DNA of 64,000 bases from Candidatus Latescibacterota bacterium (lineage in GTDB: Bacteria > Latescibacterota > UBA2968 > UBA8231). The stretch's first letter is position 1; every line of letters starts with the position of its first letter. The translations under genes were made by a program, and so were the position numbers. The stretch covers positions 6,752,001 to 6,816,000 of the forward strand of contig OZ244561.1 of assembly GCA_965217585.1 (NCBI GenBank), in the 5' to 3' direction. Under the pieces are notes generated by a model. That model did no database searches, had not been told where the DNA came from, and saw only the letters and a program-made list of their open reading frames with translations. Positions 10,805 through 19,884 of the stretch are shown here, piece by piece.

Positions 10805-11650
10805 ATGGACCGAAGAATGGCAGAATACCGCGCTCAAGGTTATACAGTATTCGAGGGGCTGTACGACGAAACCACCATGCAGACCTGGCGCGATGAGCAG
10901 GATCGGCTGCAAGCCCTCTCCACGAAGGGACCCGATGTACGAGAACCGACCACTTGGTTCGGCAATATGCTCGAACGAGCGCCGGAGCTGATGTGGCCAG
11001 CAGTGGCTCATCCAGTCATTCTCGACTTTGCCGAGCAGGTGGTGGGGCCTCTCGTGCAGCTCGACAACCTAACCTTAGCCGCCTTCCCCTCCATGGATCC
11101 AGAAGAAGCCGCCGGCAAGGCCAGTGCTTGGCACCGAGACCGCTGGGCTCGCATGCCCAGCGGCGCGTACGAACGCCCTCTGGCCTTTAATGCCATCTGC
11201 TATCTACAGGATCTGGACGACGAGTACGGCCCGCTCAGGGTGCTGCCCAGTTCTCACGTCGAACCCATTGCCTTAGCCGAGGAGGAGATCAGCAAGCCGC
11301 ACCAAGACGAGCTGTTGATCTACATGAAAGCCGGCGATGTGGTTTTGACCCACAATGGCCTGCTGCACTCGGGGACGCCCAATACCTCGGGACGCAAGCG
11401 CTACTTCTTCAGTGTGTACTACAATATCTCCTGGCTCAAACACACGGATACATTCACCGGTCCCAACGGCCAACAACTCATCAATTGGGCCCGGAGCCGA
11501 CAGGACCACCGGGCCCTGCGCCTGTTGGGTCAGGACGAGCACTTGCAAGGCCGCGCCAACAGCGGTTTCCTGCAGCCCGACGAAGTGTGCTGGCATCAGT
11601 GGACCCAAGCCGACCAGCGCGCTCTGGAAGAGGCCGCCAGACGGGAATAG
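10805..11650 (+). CDS. PhyH family dioxygenase
   Basis: YRAQGY, WHRD, YLQDL..GPL.VLPSSH, KAGDV...LLHSG; start moved to ATG 10805. Confidence 0.88.
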   Translation: MDRRMAEYRAQGYTVFEGLYDETTMQTWRDEQDRLQALSTKGPDVREPTTWFGNMLERAPELMWPAVAHPVILDFAEQVVGPLVQLDNLTLAAFPSMDPEEAAGKASAWHRDRWARMPSGAYERPLAFNAICYLQDLDDEYGPLRVLPSSHVEPIALAEEEISKPHQDELLIYMKAGDVVLTHNGLLHSGTPNTSGRKRYFFSVYYNISWLKHTDTFTGPNGQQLINWARSRQDHRALRLLGQDEHLQGRANSGFLQPDEVCWHQWTQADQRALEEAARRE

Positions 11651-12006
11651 TGCCCACGTGGACAGCGCGGCGGTTGTCGACGAGAGCGGAAACGCGGCGG
11701 TGGAGTAGGAAGGAAATGTAATGTATAAGGAGCTTTGTAGGAGATCGGATCAAGCAGTGGCCATCATGGCGCTGGCACTTGGGATGACCATGTGAAGCCT
11801 TTCCCTCGCCGATCTCTTTCCCCCAGCCGTGGTCTGGTGGTCGGCCCCGGTCCTGCCCGGAGAGATCACCGTCCTGCACGGGGGGACTGAGGCGACGACC
11901 CCAAGGTGGAGGTGGCATTGATCCGCAACTCCGAGCCGGAAGAGGTAGAGGATATAGTTGAACTGTCAGCGGATTTGGCTCGCCAGCCAATGCCCCTTCA
12001 TCTCCC

Positions 12007-13341
12007 TCATCTTGACGAGTACGTTTTAATCGCATTTCGGAAAGCAGCACCACAAAGCCATATCCAAACCAACCGAAAAATACCTATTACGCTCAATCCC
12101 ACCTCACCGAACAAAAACTCTCTCTTAAGGTTAGCATACGCACAATTGCCAAGAACATCCCTTAAGTTATCTGCATAAAGAAATATCTTGGCAGGTGTAT
12201 ATACACAGAAATCCCAATACTTCCCAGAAGACACCTCCTTTATCTCATCAAATTCGGCCCAAATGAATGGTATAGCATTGAGAAGAAAATATCCCAAAAG
12301 TAACAAACTAATAGGTCGAATCCAAGACGTATAAAAACGAGAAGATATCCAACGCCATCCCAATAAAAGCCAATCTTGCCACCCTCGCCAACTCTTATAC
12401 CACTTACTATTTTTTACTCCTGCATATTCAATTATAGAAATATAACTAGAGATAATATTTTCTTGTCCTATATCACCTCTCACATGTGCTAAATTTTTTA
12501 ATCTAACAAATAAATCCTTCATATCACGAAGTATTTCAATATATCTTTTGACATAACGAGTATTCAACCATCCCCATCCAATCTTTTCACTACGCTCAAA
12601 AGATATACTTAACAAATTATACTCATGAACATCATCATATTTTACAATCTTACCAAGATGACCAAATTTTCTACGGTCAACTAATTGATTCCACTTCAAA
12701 ATATCTATCTCATTACCGCCAACAAAATGGCAATTTATTGAGTACTCAAACGGGAAGGGGAAATCTAAATCTAATTCCCTAAATTTATTTCTCTTAAACT
12801 CCAAATAAATACATTTCATTTTATTACTATCATTACCATCATTTCTTCTAATAATAATATCGGTGAAATTATTTTGATCAAAAACTACACTACTCCCACT
12901 CGGAAAAGAAAACGAACATCCTCCTGTATTCTTATTCCCTACAAAATACAATGATTCTCTATGATAAGAATCATCAGATACAGGAAAAAATTTTATGCCA
13001 TCCTCATCAATATTGCTACTCATAAGAAAATGACAATTCTCGAAATGCAAATTCGCTGGCATACTTGAAAGTCCATATCTTACATCAACCTCACTATTAG
13101 AATGATTTTTATCACTATTATCAGTAATTTCGATTTCAAGATTTTTTAAATAAAATATTATAATATCCCAACCTCCCTTATCATCGAAACTAGTTGCAGA
13201 ATACCATTGAATGCACCCCTCCAATGCATTTCCCTCACTCTGCGTTCTCGCACTCTCTTCTACACCCTCAAAACACAAAATACGCGATAACTCATCACAA
13301 GACACCTTTTTTCTTTTCTTAACAGGTTTTTGTTTCAACAT
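12007..13341 (-). CDS. AT-rich hypothetical protein with C-terminal membrane helices
   Basis: 444-aa ORF in a sharply AT-rich block; F-x-x-N/C-x-F solenoid-like N-half and hydrophobic C-terminal segments. Confidence 0.75.
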   Translation of the reverse strand: MLKQKPVKKRKKVSCDELSRILCFEGVEESARTQSEGNALEGCIQWYSATSFDDKGGWDIIIFYLKNLEIEITDNSDKNHSNSEVDVRYGLSSMPANLHFENCHFLMSSNIDEDGIKFFPVSDDSYHRESLYFVGNKNTGGCSFSFPSGSSVVFDQNNFTDIIIRRNDGNDSNKMKCIYLEFKRNKFRELDLDFPFPFEYSINCHFVGGNEIDILKWNQLVDRRKFGHLGKIVKYDDVHEYNLLSISFERSEKIGWGWLNTRYVKRYIEILRDMKDLFVRLKNLAHVRGDIGQENIISSYISIIEYAGVKNSKWYKSWRGWQDWLLLGWRWISSRFYTSWIRPISLLLLGYFLLNAIPFIWAEFDEIKEVSSGKYWDFCVYTPAKIFLYADNLRDVLGNCAYANLKREFLFGEVGLSVIGIFRLVWIWLCGAAFRNAIKTYSSR

Positions 13342-13659
13342 ATCGTAATTCCCCTATGAAAAATACTGATAACACCCATCCTATAATCATGTGCTCAAAA
13401 CCGTGAAAACTGTGCCCCCAAATTTGGTGAACCACCCATTTGTGATGACTCACCGAGCCAAAAGCCTTATCTTCTAAACCAAAATACCGCCTCATGTAAA
13501 TGCACAATCAACTCCTCTCGCGCTCAGTCAATCCACCTCAACTCGCCTCTAGGAGCATCGGCAAAGACCGAAGTTCTTGTCTCAGAGTATCCAGAACATA
13601 ATCCAAGTCTTCAAGAGTTACAACGTCTAGAAGATTGCTATCGCCGGGTTCACCAAAAA

Positions 13660-13772
13660 CCCGATACCCCTACCCCGACATGCGGTGAGCGTGTTCGTGT
13701 ACGACGGGCCGTTGTGGGTGGTAGCGGGAAATAATATGGAGCCGGATGTCTGGGGCTTTCGCTAGGGAGTAG
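13660..13772 (+). repeat. Degenerate copy of the 3' end of the Kelch-like gene (10678-10797)
   Basis: Direct match GAGCGTGTTCGTGTACGACGG...AATAATATGGAGCCGGATG...TAG, with indels. Confidence 0.9.
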
Positions 13773-13826
13773 CGGGAATTTTTATAGCCGTTGCGATCAC
13801 GCATTGCGCATCGAGCTCAACTCAGC

Positions 13827-14195
13827 TTAAGACATCTCCAAGGCGCGCTTGACCGCTTTGGGGTCACGGGCGATTACGCGCAGGAGCGTACGGGCCGCCT
13901 GATCCGGCTGGTAGCGCCCCTGTTCCCAGTCTCGCACCGTCGCCAAAGAGAGCTGAAATGTAGTGGCGAATTCGCGCTGAGTTAAACGCAAGGCTTTGCG
14001 GATCGCCTTAGTGTCAGGAACGCGCTCGAATGCTTCGAGTTCCTCATCCGTCAAAGGCGGATTGTCGGGATCGGACAACGCGGCCTGCTCAATCTCCTCG
14101 TCACGCATGGAATCAAGACGTTGCGCCTGGGACTTGCTCAGACGCGGTAGGTTCTTTTCGTCCAGCCTAAATTTCGTGGTATTTTCTTCGCTCAT
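13827..14195 (-). CDS. XRE-type HTH antitoxin with BrnA/HigA-like N-terminal acidic segment
   Basis: [16 protein letters not shown] followed by [13 protein letters not shown]...TVRDWEQGR; overlaps the toxin 3' end. Confidence 0.85.
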   Translation of the reverse strand: MSEENTTKFRLDEKNLPRLSKSQAQRLDSMRDEEIEQAALSDPDNPPLTDEELEAFERVPDTKAIRKALRLTQREFATTFQLSLATVRDWEQGRYQPDQAARTLLRVIARDPKAVKRALEMS

Positions 14196-14436
14196 GACGC
14201 GTTGCTTTCCGGGCAGAGATGATTCGAGTTCGTGGAAAACGTTCTGTGTAGACTACGAGCAATACGCGATCATCGACCATGCCAATGACGCGACGGCGCA
14301 CTTCCTCCTCGTATTCTATCAGCTCCTCTTCTTCTAATCGGTAGGGATCGAGGAACACTCGCGCGGCGTATTCAAACGGAATCCCATGTTTGGCCAGATT
14401 CGTCGCCGCTTTGTTCTCATCCCATTCGAATTCCAT
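14167..14436 (-). CDS. brnT: BrnT family toxin
   Basis: [21 protein letters not shown]...RIISARKAT. Confidence 0.93.
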   Translation of the reverse strand: MEFEWDENKAATNLAKHGIPFEYAARVFLDPYRLEEEELIEYEEEVRRRVIGMVDDRVLLVVYTERFPRTRIISARKATRHERRKYHEI

Positions 14437-14442
14437 AAGACG

Positions 14443-14471
14443 AATATACGGGATTCCCGTAGTTATATCAA
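14443..14471 (-). promoter_or_regulatory. Sigma-70 promoter of the TA pair with an operator palindrome in the spacer
   Basis: TTGATA-17 nt-TATATT ending 6 nt before the ATG; TACGGGA-T-TCCCGTA at 14447-14461. Confidence 0.7.
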
Positions 14472-14500
14472 TGAAGGCTCGGGCTACCGACCCGGCCCTC

Positions 14501-14579
14501 GCCGGTTACCTTGACATCGGCGACGAGCGCTAGCTACTTTCCCTCCTGCACTCATAAGATTGTCCATGCCCTTCCAAAC
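14501..14579 (+). repeat. Duplicated promoter plus first codons of the alcohol dehydrogenase gene (other copy 15847-15925)
   Basis: TTGACA-18-TACTTT...GATTGTCC ATG CCC TTC CAA AC present in both places. Confidence 0.88.
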
Positions 14580-14589
14580 ATAGGACGCG

Positions 14590-15807
14590 ATGTTAGCTTT
14601 CAAACCACCTAAACCGAGTGTGGCAACGATTCAAATTATACAAGCCCTGATACCGCTTGCGAATCGCTTGTATCTGAAAGGGTTAACGCTGGATGTTGAT
14701 GCAGAGTCCATTGCTCGGTTGGAGGCGATACGTGGGCATTCTACAGTCTTAGCCCCTAACCATCCGGCGCATGAAGATCCTATGGTTATGTTTCTCTTGT
14801 CAAAGCGGTTATCGCAACCGTACTACTATATGGCAGCTCGGGAAGCCTTCGACAGGGGTAGATTCGGGGCTATCCGATGCTATCTGATGCAGCGGGTCGG
14901 TGTGTATTCGGTGGTGCGCGGCACTGTAGATAGAGATGCCTTCCGCATGACGCGGGAGCTTTTGTTTAAGGGCGACTGGCCGATTGTCATCTTTGGCGAA
15001 GGGGAAATTTCGCGCCAAAATGATACCGTCATGCGTTTTGAGAGAGGCATTGTCCAGATGTGCTTCTGGGCGTTGGACGATATGGAAAAAGCGCAAGTTA
15101 GCAAATCGCTCTACGCTGTGCCCGTCGGCATCAAATATCATTATCCGCGCGACATGTGGAATTCTATTGATGCTGCTCTCACGAGGTTAGAACGGTATAT
15201 CCTCCCGCCTGCCGAACAGACGCCAGTAGAACGCTACGATCGGTTGCGCCGCATCGGTGTCGCGATAGTCAGGACACTTGCAGCGGAATATCAGTATGAG
15301 ATGGACGAAACTGTGTCTCTTGATGTACATATCGAAAGGTTGAAAGATGCGATCCTGTCCCATGCCGAAGGGATTATGGGTATCCACCCTGAAGCCGACA
15401 TACTCACAAGGACACGTGCGTTGAAAAACATAGTCGATGCCGAAATCTATAAGGATATTGAGCAGATGACGGAGTACGAACAGAAAATACATGGAGAGCA
15501 GCTCCAGAAGTTCCAACAATTCTATCCCGATCTGGAGCGGTTGATCAATTTTATATCAATTTCTGACGGGTATGTTGCTGAAGAACCATCGCCAGAGCGG
15601 TTTCTCGATGTGATTCTCCGTCTTGAAAGAGAAGTCTTTGGTAGGTCAGAAATGCGAGGGCCGCGGGTGGCATCAGTCCGCGTCGGTGAACCGAAAGATC
15701 TCCGGGAATATTACGACACCTACAGAACTCAAAAAAGAGAAACGGTAGAACAGATAACCCATGAACTTGAAACATCGGTTCAGAGTTTGGTCGGTGGATT
15801 ATCCTAA
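14590..15807 (+). CDS. PlsC-type phospholipid/glycerol acyltransferase
   Basis: NHPAHED (HX4D), IFGEG (FPEG-like), VPVGIKY. Confidence 0.85.
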   Translation: MLAFKPPKPSVATIQIIQALIPLANRLYLKGLTLDVDAESIARLEAIRGHSTVLAPNHPAHEDPMVMFLLSKRLSQPYYYMAAREAFDRGRFGAIRCYLMQRVGVYSVVRGTVDRDAFRMTRELLFKGDWPIVIFGEGEISRQNDTVMRFERGIVQMCFWALDDMEKAQVSKSLYAVPVGIKYHYPRDMWNSIDAALTRLERYILPPAEQTPVERYDRLRRIGVAIVRTLAAEYQYEMDETVSLDVHIERLKDAILSHAEGIMGIHPEADILTRTRALKNIVDAEIYKDIEQMTEYEQKIHGEQLQKFQQFYPDLERLINFISISDGYVAEEPSPERFLDVILRLEREVFGRSEMRGPRVASVRVGEPKDLREYYDTYRTQKRETVEQITHELETSVQSLVGGLS

Positions 15808-15856
15808 CTCTATGCAGGTAGGTCCTCCGGTTTTCGTAGCGCCCCCGCCGGCCATC

Positions 15857-15886
15857 TTGACATCAACGACGAGCGCTAGCTACTTT
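15857..15886 (+). promoter_or_regulatory. Putative sigma-70 promoter
   Basis: TTGACA-18 nt-TACTTT, conserved in the duplicate at 14511-14540. Confidence 0.55.
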
Positions 15887-15911
15887 CCCTCCTGTACACA
15901 GAGGATTGTCC

Positions 15912-17063
15912 ATGCCCTTCCAAACCCACTTCGACTTCCGCCATCCCACCCGCATCGTCCACGGCCCCGGGTCTATCGCCTGCTTGGCGGATTGTTTCTC
16001 GCCGGCTGACAAGGTGCTGATCGTCTCCGACCAGGTCTTAGGGGAAATCGGCACGGTGGAAGCGGTCGTCGCCGCCCTCGGCGACATCCCCCATGCCGTC
16101 TATCTCAAAGACGGTTCGAGTGAGCCGACCGAAGAATCTGTCGAGGCCGGTGCCCAGACTTACCAACGAGAACGCTCCACCGCCATCATCGGCCTCGGCG
16201 GCGGCTCGCCCATGGACGTGGCCAAGATGATCGGCGTCCTCGCGTCCAACGACGGCCGCATCACCGAGTATCTAGGCAGCGGAAAAGTCGCCAACGACCT
16301 GCCCTACCTCGCCTGCGTCCCCACGACCTACGGCACCGCCAGCGAAGTCACGCCCTTCGCCGTGCTGGACAATCCCGCCAGCGGCAACAAAGATCCGGTT
16401 ATTAGCTGGAAGATCGCGCCCCAACTCGGCGTCCTCGATCCCGACCTGTCGGTCGCCCTGCCCGCCCCCATCGGCGCGGCTACCGGCATGGACGCCCTGA
16501 CCCACGCGCTCGAATCCTATATCAACTTAGCGGCCACGCCCATCACCGAAGGCATCGCGCTGCACGCCATCCGCCTCATCGGCGACAACTTGCGCCTAGC
16601 CTGCGCCAACGACCACGCGCTAGCTGCCACCGAAAACATGCTCATCGCCAGTATGCTGGCCGGCGTCGCCTTTTCGCAAACGCGCCTCGGCAATGTCCAC
16701 GCCATGTCCCACCCAGTCGGCGCACATTACCACGTGCATCACGGGCTGCTCAACGCCATCTTGCTGCCCTATGTCATGGAGTTCAACTGGTTCGCCTGTC
16801 CCGGCAAATTTGCCGCCATCGCCGAGGCGCTCGGCGCGCACATTTCCGGGTTAGATCAACGCCAAGCCGCGCAAGCCGCCATCGCCGCGGTGCGACATAT
16901 CAACGCCGACTTAGGCATCCCTGCCAAGCTAGGGGATGTCGGCGTCGATACGGCCCGCATTCGCACTATGGCACACACCGCCATGCAGAGCGGCAACATC
17001 GCCGTCAACCCGCGCAAGACCAGCCAGCGCGATCTCGAAGCTCTATTCCAACAAGCCATTTAG
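15912..17063 (+). CDS. Iron-containing alcohol dehydrogenase
   Basis: GLGGGSPMD, VPTTYGTASEVT, GMDALTHALE, HAMSH, HHGLLNA. Confidence 0.93.
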   Translation: MPFQTHFDFRHPTRIVHGPGSIACLADCFSPADKVLIVSDQVLGEIGTVEAVVAALGDIPHAVYLKDGSSEPTEESVEAGAQTYQRERSTAIIGLGGGSPMDVAKMIGVLASNDGRITEYLGSGKVANDLPYLACVPTTYGTASEVTPFAVLDNPASGNKDPVISWKIAPQLGVLDPDLSVALPAPIGAATGMDALTHALESYINLAATPITEGIALHAIRLIGDNLRLACANDHALAATENMLIASMLAGVAFSQTRLGNVHAMSHPVGAHYHVHHGLLNAILLPYVMEFNWFACPGKFAAIAEALGAHISGLDQRQAAQAAIAAVRHINADLGIPAKLGDVGVDTARIRTMAHTAMQSGNIAVNPRKTSQRDLEALFQQAI

Positions 17064-17073
17064 GAGGTCCACC

Positions 17074-18333
17074 ATGTCCCTACCCCGCATGCTCCGCGTC
17101 CGCCAGCATTTCTCCGCACCCACGGTCGATGACATTCCCGCGGCCGTGCGCGCCGAGGTCCAGCGCCTCGACTTAGGCCCCAAAATCAATCCCGGCGAGA
17201 CCATCGCCATCTCCGTCGGCAGCCGCGGCATTGCCAACATCGCGCTGGTGATCAAAAGCCTCGTGGCCGAGTTCAAGGCCCTCGGCCTCCAGCCCTTCCT
17301 CGTCCCCGCCATGGGCAGCCACGGCGGCGGCATTGCCGAGGCACAACAGGAAATCATCGAAGGCTACGGCGTCACCGAGGAGTACGCCGGCGCACCCATT
17401 AAGTCGTCTATGGAAACCGTACAAGTGGGCGCGACCGAGGACGGCGTCCCCGTCTTTTTCGACAAATACGCCTTTGAAGCCGACCACGTAGCCGTCGTCG
17501 GCCGCGTTAAGCCGCACACTAACTTTGTCGGCGAAATCGAAAGTGGCCTGCACAAGATGATGCTCATCGGCTTGGGCAAGCACAAAGGCGCGGCCCTGTA
17601 CCACCAAGCCATTGTCCACTACAGCTTCGACCGCATCATCCGCTCGGTCGGCCAAGCCGTCATCGACCAGTGCGGCGTGCTCATGGGACTGGGCTTAGTC
17701 GAAAACCAGTACGACCGAACCGCGCTCATCAAGGGCGTGGGGGCCGACGAGTTCGTGGAACGCGAAAAAGAACTGCTAGTCCTCGCCAAGCAATGGATGC
17801 CGCGCCTGCCCTTCGACGAAGTCGATTTGCTCATCGTCGATGCGATCGGCAAAAATATCTCCGGCGCTGGCATGGACACCAACGTCGTCGGCCGCAAGTT
17901 CCACGACAACCACGCCGCCGACAAGGAGTACCCCAAGGTCACCCGCATCCTAGTCCGCGGCCTGACCGAGGAGACCCACGGCAACGCCTCGGGCATCGGC
18001 ACGGCCGAATACGCCCACAAGCGCGCCATCGAGCAGATGGACCGCGAGATCACCTACATCAACTGCATGACCGGCAATCACCCCTCGGGCGCACACATTC
18101 CGCTCTACTTCGATACGGACCGCATCTGCATTGAAAAGGCCCTGGAGACCGTCGGCCTAGTCGAGCCTGAAAAAGCCAAGGTCCTGCGCATCCACAACAC
18201 CCTAGAGCTAGGCGAGCTCCTCGTCTCAGAAACCTTTCGGCCCGAAGTCGAACAGCGCGAGGACTTGGAAATCATCGCCGAGCCCGAGGAAATGCCCTTC
18301 GACGAAAACGGCGATTTGCCGCTTGCGTTCTGA
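17074..18333 (+). CDS. Lactate racemase (LarA/DUF2088)-like domain protein
   Basis: GSRGIANI, PAMGSHGG, RVKPHT, ESGLHKM.LIGLGK, GKNISGAGMDTNV; AGGAGG RBS before ATG 17074. Confidence 0.75.
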   Translation: MSLPRMLRVRQHFSAPTVDDIPAAVRAEVQRLDLGPKINPGETIAISVGSRGIANIALVIKSLVAEFKALGLQPFLVPAMGSHGGGIAEAQQEIIEGYGVTEEYAGAPIKSSMETVQVGATEDGVPVFFDKYAFEADHVAVVGRVKPHTNFVGEIESGLHKMMLIGLGKHKGAALYHQAIVHYSFDRIIRSVGQAVIDQCGVLMGLGLVENQYDRTALIKGVGADEFVEREKELLVLAKQWMPRLPFDEVDLLIVDAIGKNISGAGMDTNVVGRKFHDNHAADKEYPKVTRILVRGLTEETHGNASGIGTAEYAHKRAIEQMDREITYINCMTGNHPSGAHIPLYFDTDRICIEKALETVGLVEPEKAKVLRIHNTLELGELLVSETFRPEVEQREDLEIIAEPEEMPFDENGDLPLAF

Positions 18334-18385
18334 TTGGGATACTGGCGTACTGGGCTGAAGAAAGCCTTGAAAAGGAGAGAGCATT

Positions 18386-18619
18386 GTGATCCAAGAAAAT
18401 TTCAACCTCGAAAAATCGCAACTGCAATTTCTCGACGAATGCCGCTCGTATGGATTTGAAGATAAAAGTGCCGTTGTGCGGATGGCCCTTGATCTTCTGC
18501 GCCGAGAGATCGCTCAGCAACGGTTGCAAGAGTCGGCAGACCTGTACTCAGAAAGCTACGCAGAAGACGAAGAAACCCAAGAACTGACGGTAACCGCGCT
18601 GTCGGAGTGGCCAAAGTGA
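18386..18619 (+). CDS. Putative RHH-type antitoxin
   Basis: 77 aa, DKSAVVRMALD, acidic tail; GTGA overlap with the toxin start. Confidence 0.7.
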   Translation: MIQENFNLEKSQLQFLDECRSYGFEDKSAVVRMALDLLRREIAQQRLQESADLYSESYAEDEETQELTVTALSEWPK

Positions 18620-18972
18620 GCCAATTAAAGCGAGGAATGGTCATTGACGTTAATCTTGATCCCACGAAAGGATCGGAAACGGGAAGGATTCGCCCCTGTG
18701 TTGTCGTCACCAACAATACATACAACGAGCGAGTTCCTGTGATCCAAGTTGTTCCGATTACTGCCTGGAGTGCAAAAAAAGCAAGAATCACTACCAATGT
18801 CGTCATTGATCCGTCCCCACAGAATGGTTTGACTAAGAGGTCGGTTGCTGATTGCCTCCAAACACGTCCTATAGACCACCGATCTCGCTTGGTCCGAGTA
18901 CGGGGGAATCTCGGAGAGCCACTTATGACTGCAATTGACCGTGCCTTAAAAATCGTCTTTGCTCTTCTCTAG
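18616..18972 (+). CDS. PemK/MazF family endoribonuclease toxin
   Basis: LDPTKGSETGRIRPCVVV, NGL..SVADC.Q.R.ID. Confidence 0.92.
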   Translation: MSQLKRGMVIDVNLDPTKGSETGRIRPCVVVTNNTYNERVPVIQVVPITAWSAKKARITTNVVIDPSPQNGLTKRSVADCLQTRPIDHRSRLVRVRGNLGEPLMTAIDRALKIVFALL

Positions 18973-18975
18973 CAC

Positions 18976-19884
18976 ATGACCAAAAAATCGCGGGGCGTGT
19001 CCCCCATTTTCTTGGACGAGAAGCCGCAGCGTTCGGCTACCGTAGGCTATACGCGCCGCCGCATTGTGTTCGGCTGGTACGGAGGGAAGTTCTCTCACCT
19101 CGACTGGCTGTTACCCCTGCTGCCGGAGTGTCACCATTACTGCGAGCCGTTTGCTGGTTCCGGGGCCGTACTCATCAACCGAGCACCCGCTCCTGTCGAG
19201 ACCTATAACGATCTCGACGGTGAGATAGTAAACTTCTTTCGAGTACTGCGCGATCAGCACCAAGAGTTGATCCGCGCTATCGCCCTGACGCCGTTCTCAC
19301 GCGAGGAATACTACTATGCCATCTACGGCAACACGGAGGACATCAGTGCCTTAGAACGCGCCCGACGTTTTTACATTAGAGCACGGCAGACCCGCACTGG
19401 GCTAGCGCAAACGGCCTCCCTCGGCCGTTGGGCCAATTGCAAGAATACGAGCCGTGCTGGTATGTCTGGCGTGGTCTCGCGCTGGTTGGGGGGTGTAGAT
19501 GCGCTCGACGAGATTGCACAGCGTCTGATCCGAGTTCAGATCGAAAACCGACCCGCTGTCGATGTGCTTCAACTCTATGACAGCCGCAAAACCTTGTTCT
19601 ACTGCGACCCCCCCTACTTACACGCTACTCGTGGCGATGCCAAAGCATACGGCTTTGAAATGGACGAAGCCGAGCACCGCACGCTGGCGGAAGTCGTCAA
19701 TGCGTGCGAGGGCAAGGTGGCCGTGTCTGGCTACCGTCATCCCTTAATGGACGAGCTGTTCCCACCCGATCGCTGGTTCAAGACAGAGGGACCGGATAAG
19801 ACCATCCATTCTACCAAGGACAGCCGGCGCGAAGTGCTGTGGACTAACTATGAGCCGGAAGTACAAAAAGAGTTATTTGGATGA
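18976..19884 (+). CDS. Dam/D12-class N6-adenine DNA methyltransferase
   Basis: WYGGK, EPFAGSG, YNDLD, FYCDPPY, EVLWTNY. Confidence 0.92.
   Translation: MTKKSRGVSPIFLDEKPQRSATVGYTRRRIVFGWYGGKFSHLDWLLPLLPECHHYCEPFAGSGAVLINRAPAPVETYNDLDGEIVNFFRVLRDQHQELIRAIALTPFSREEYYYAIYGNTEDISALERARRFYIRARQTRTGLAQTASLGRWANCKNTSRAGMSGVVSRWLGGVDALDEIAQRLIRVQIENRPAVDVLQLYDSRKTLFYCDPPYLHATRGDAKAYGFEMDEAEHRTLAEVVNACEGKVAVSGYRHPLMDELFPPDRWFKTEGPDKTIHSTKDSRREVLWTNYEPEVQKELFG

Noticed and set aside
14447-14461. Similarity of the TA operator (TACG-N7-CGTA) to the enhancer palindrome (TACG-N6-CGTA)
   Set aside because: Different spacing and core, and a sigma-70 context; probably coincidental
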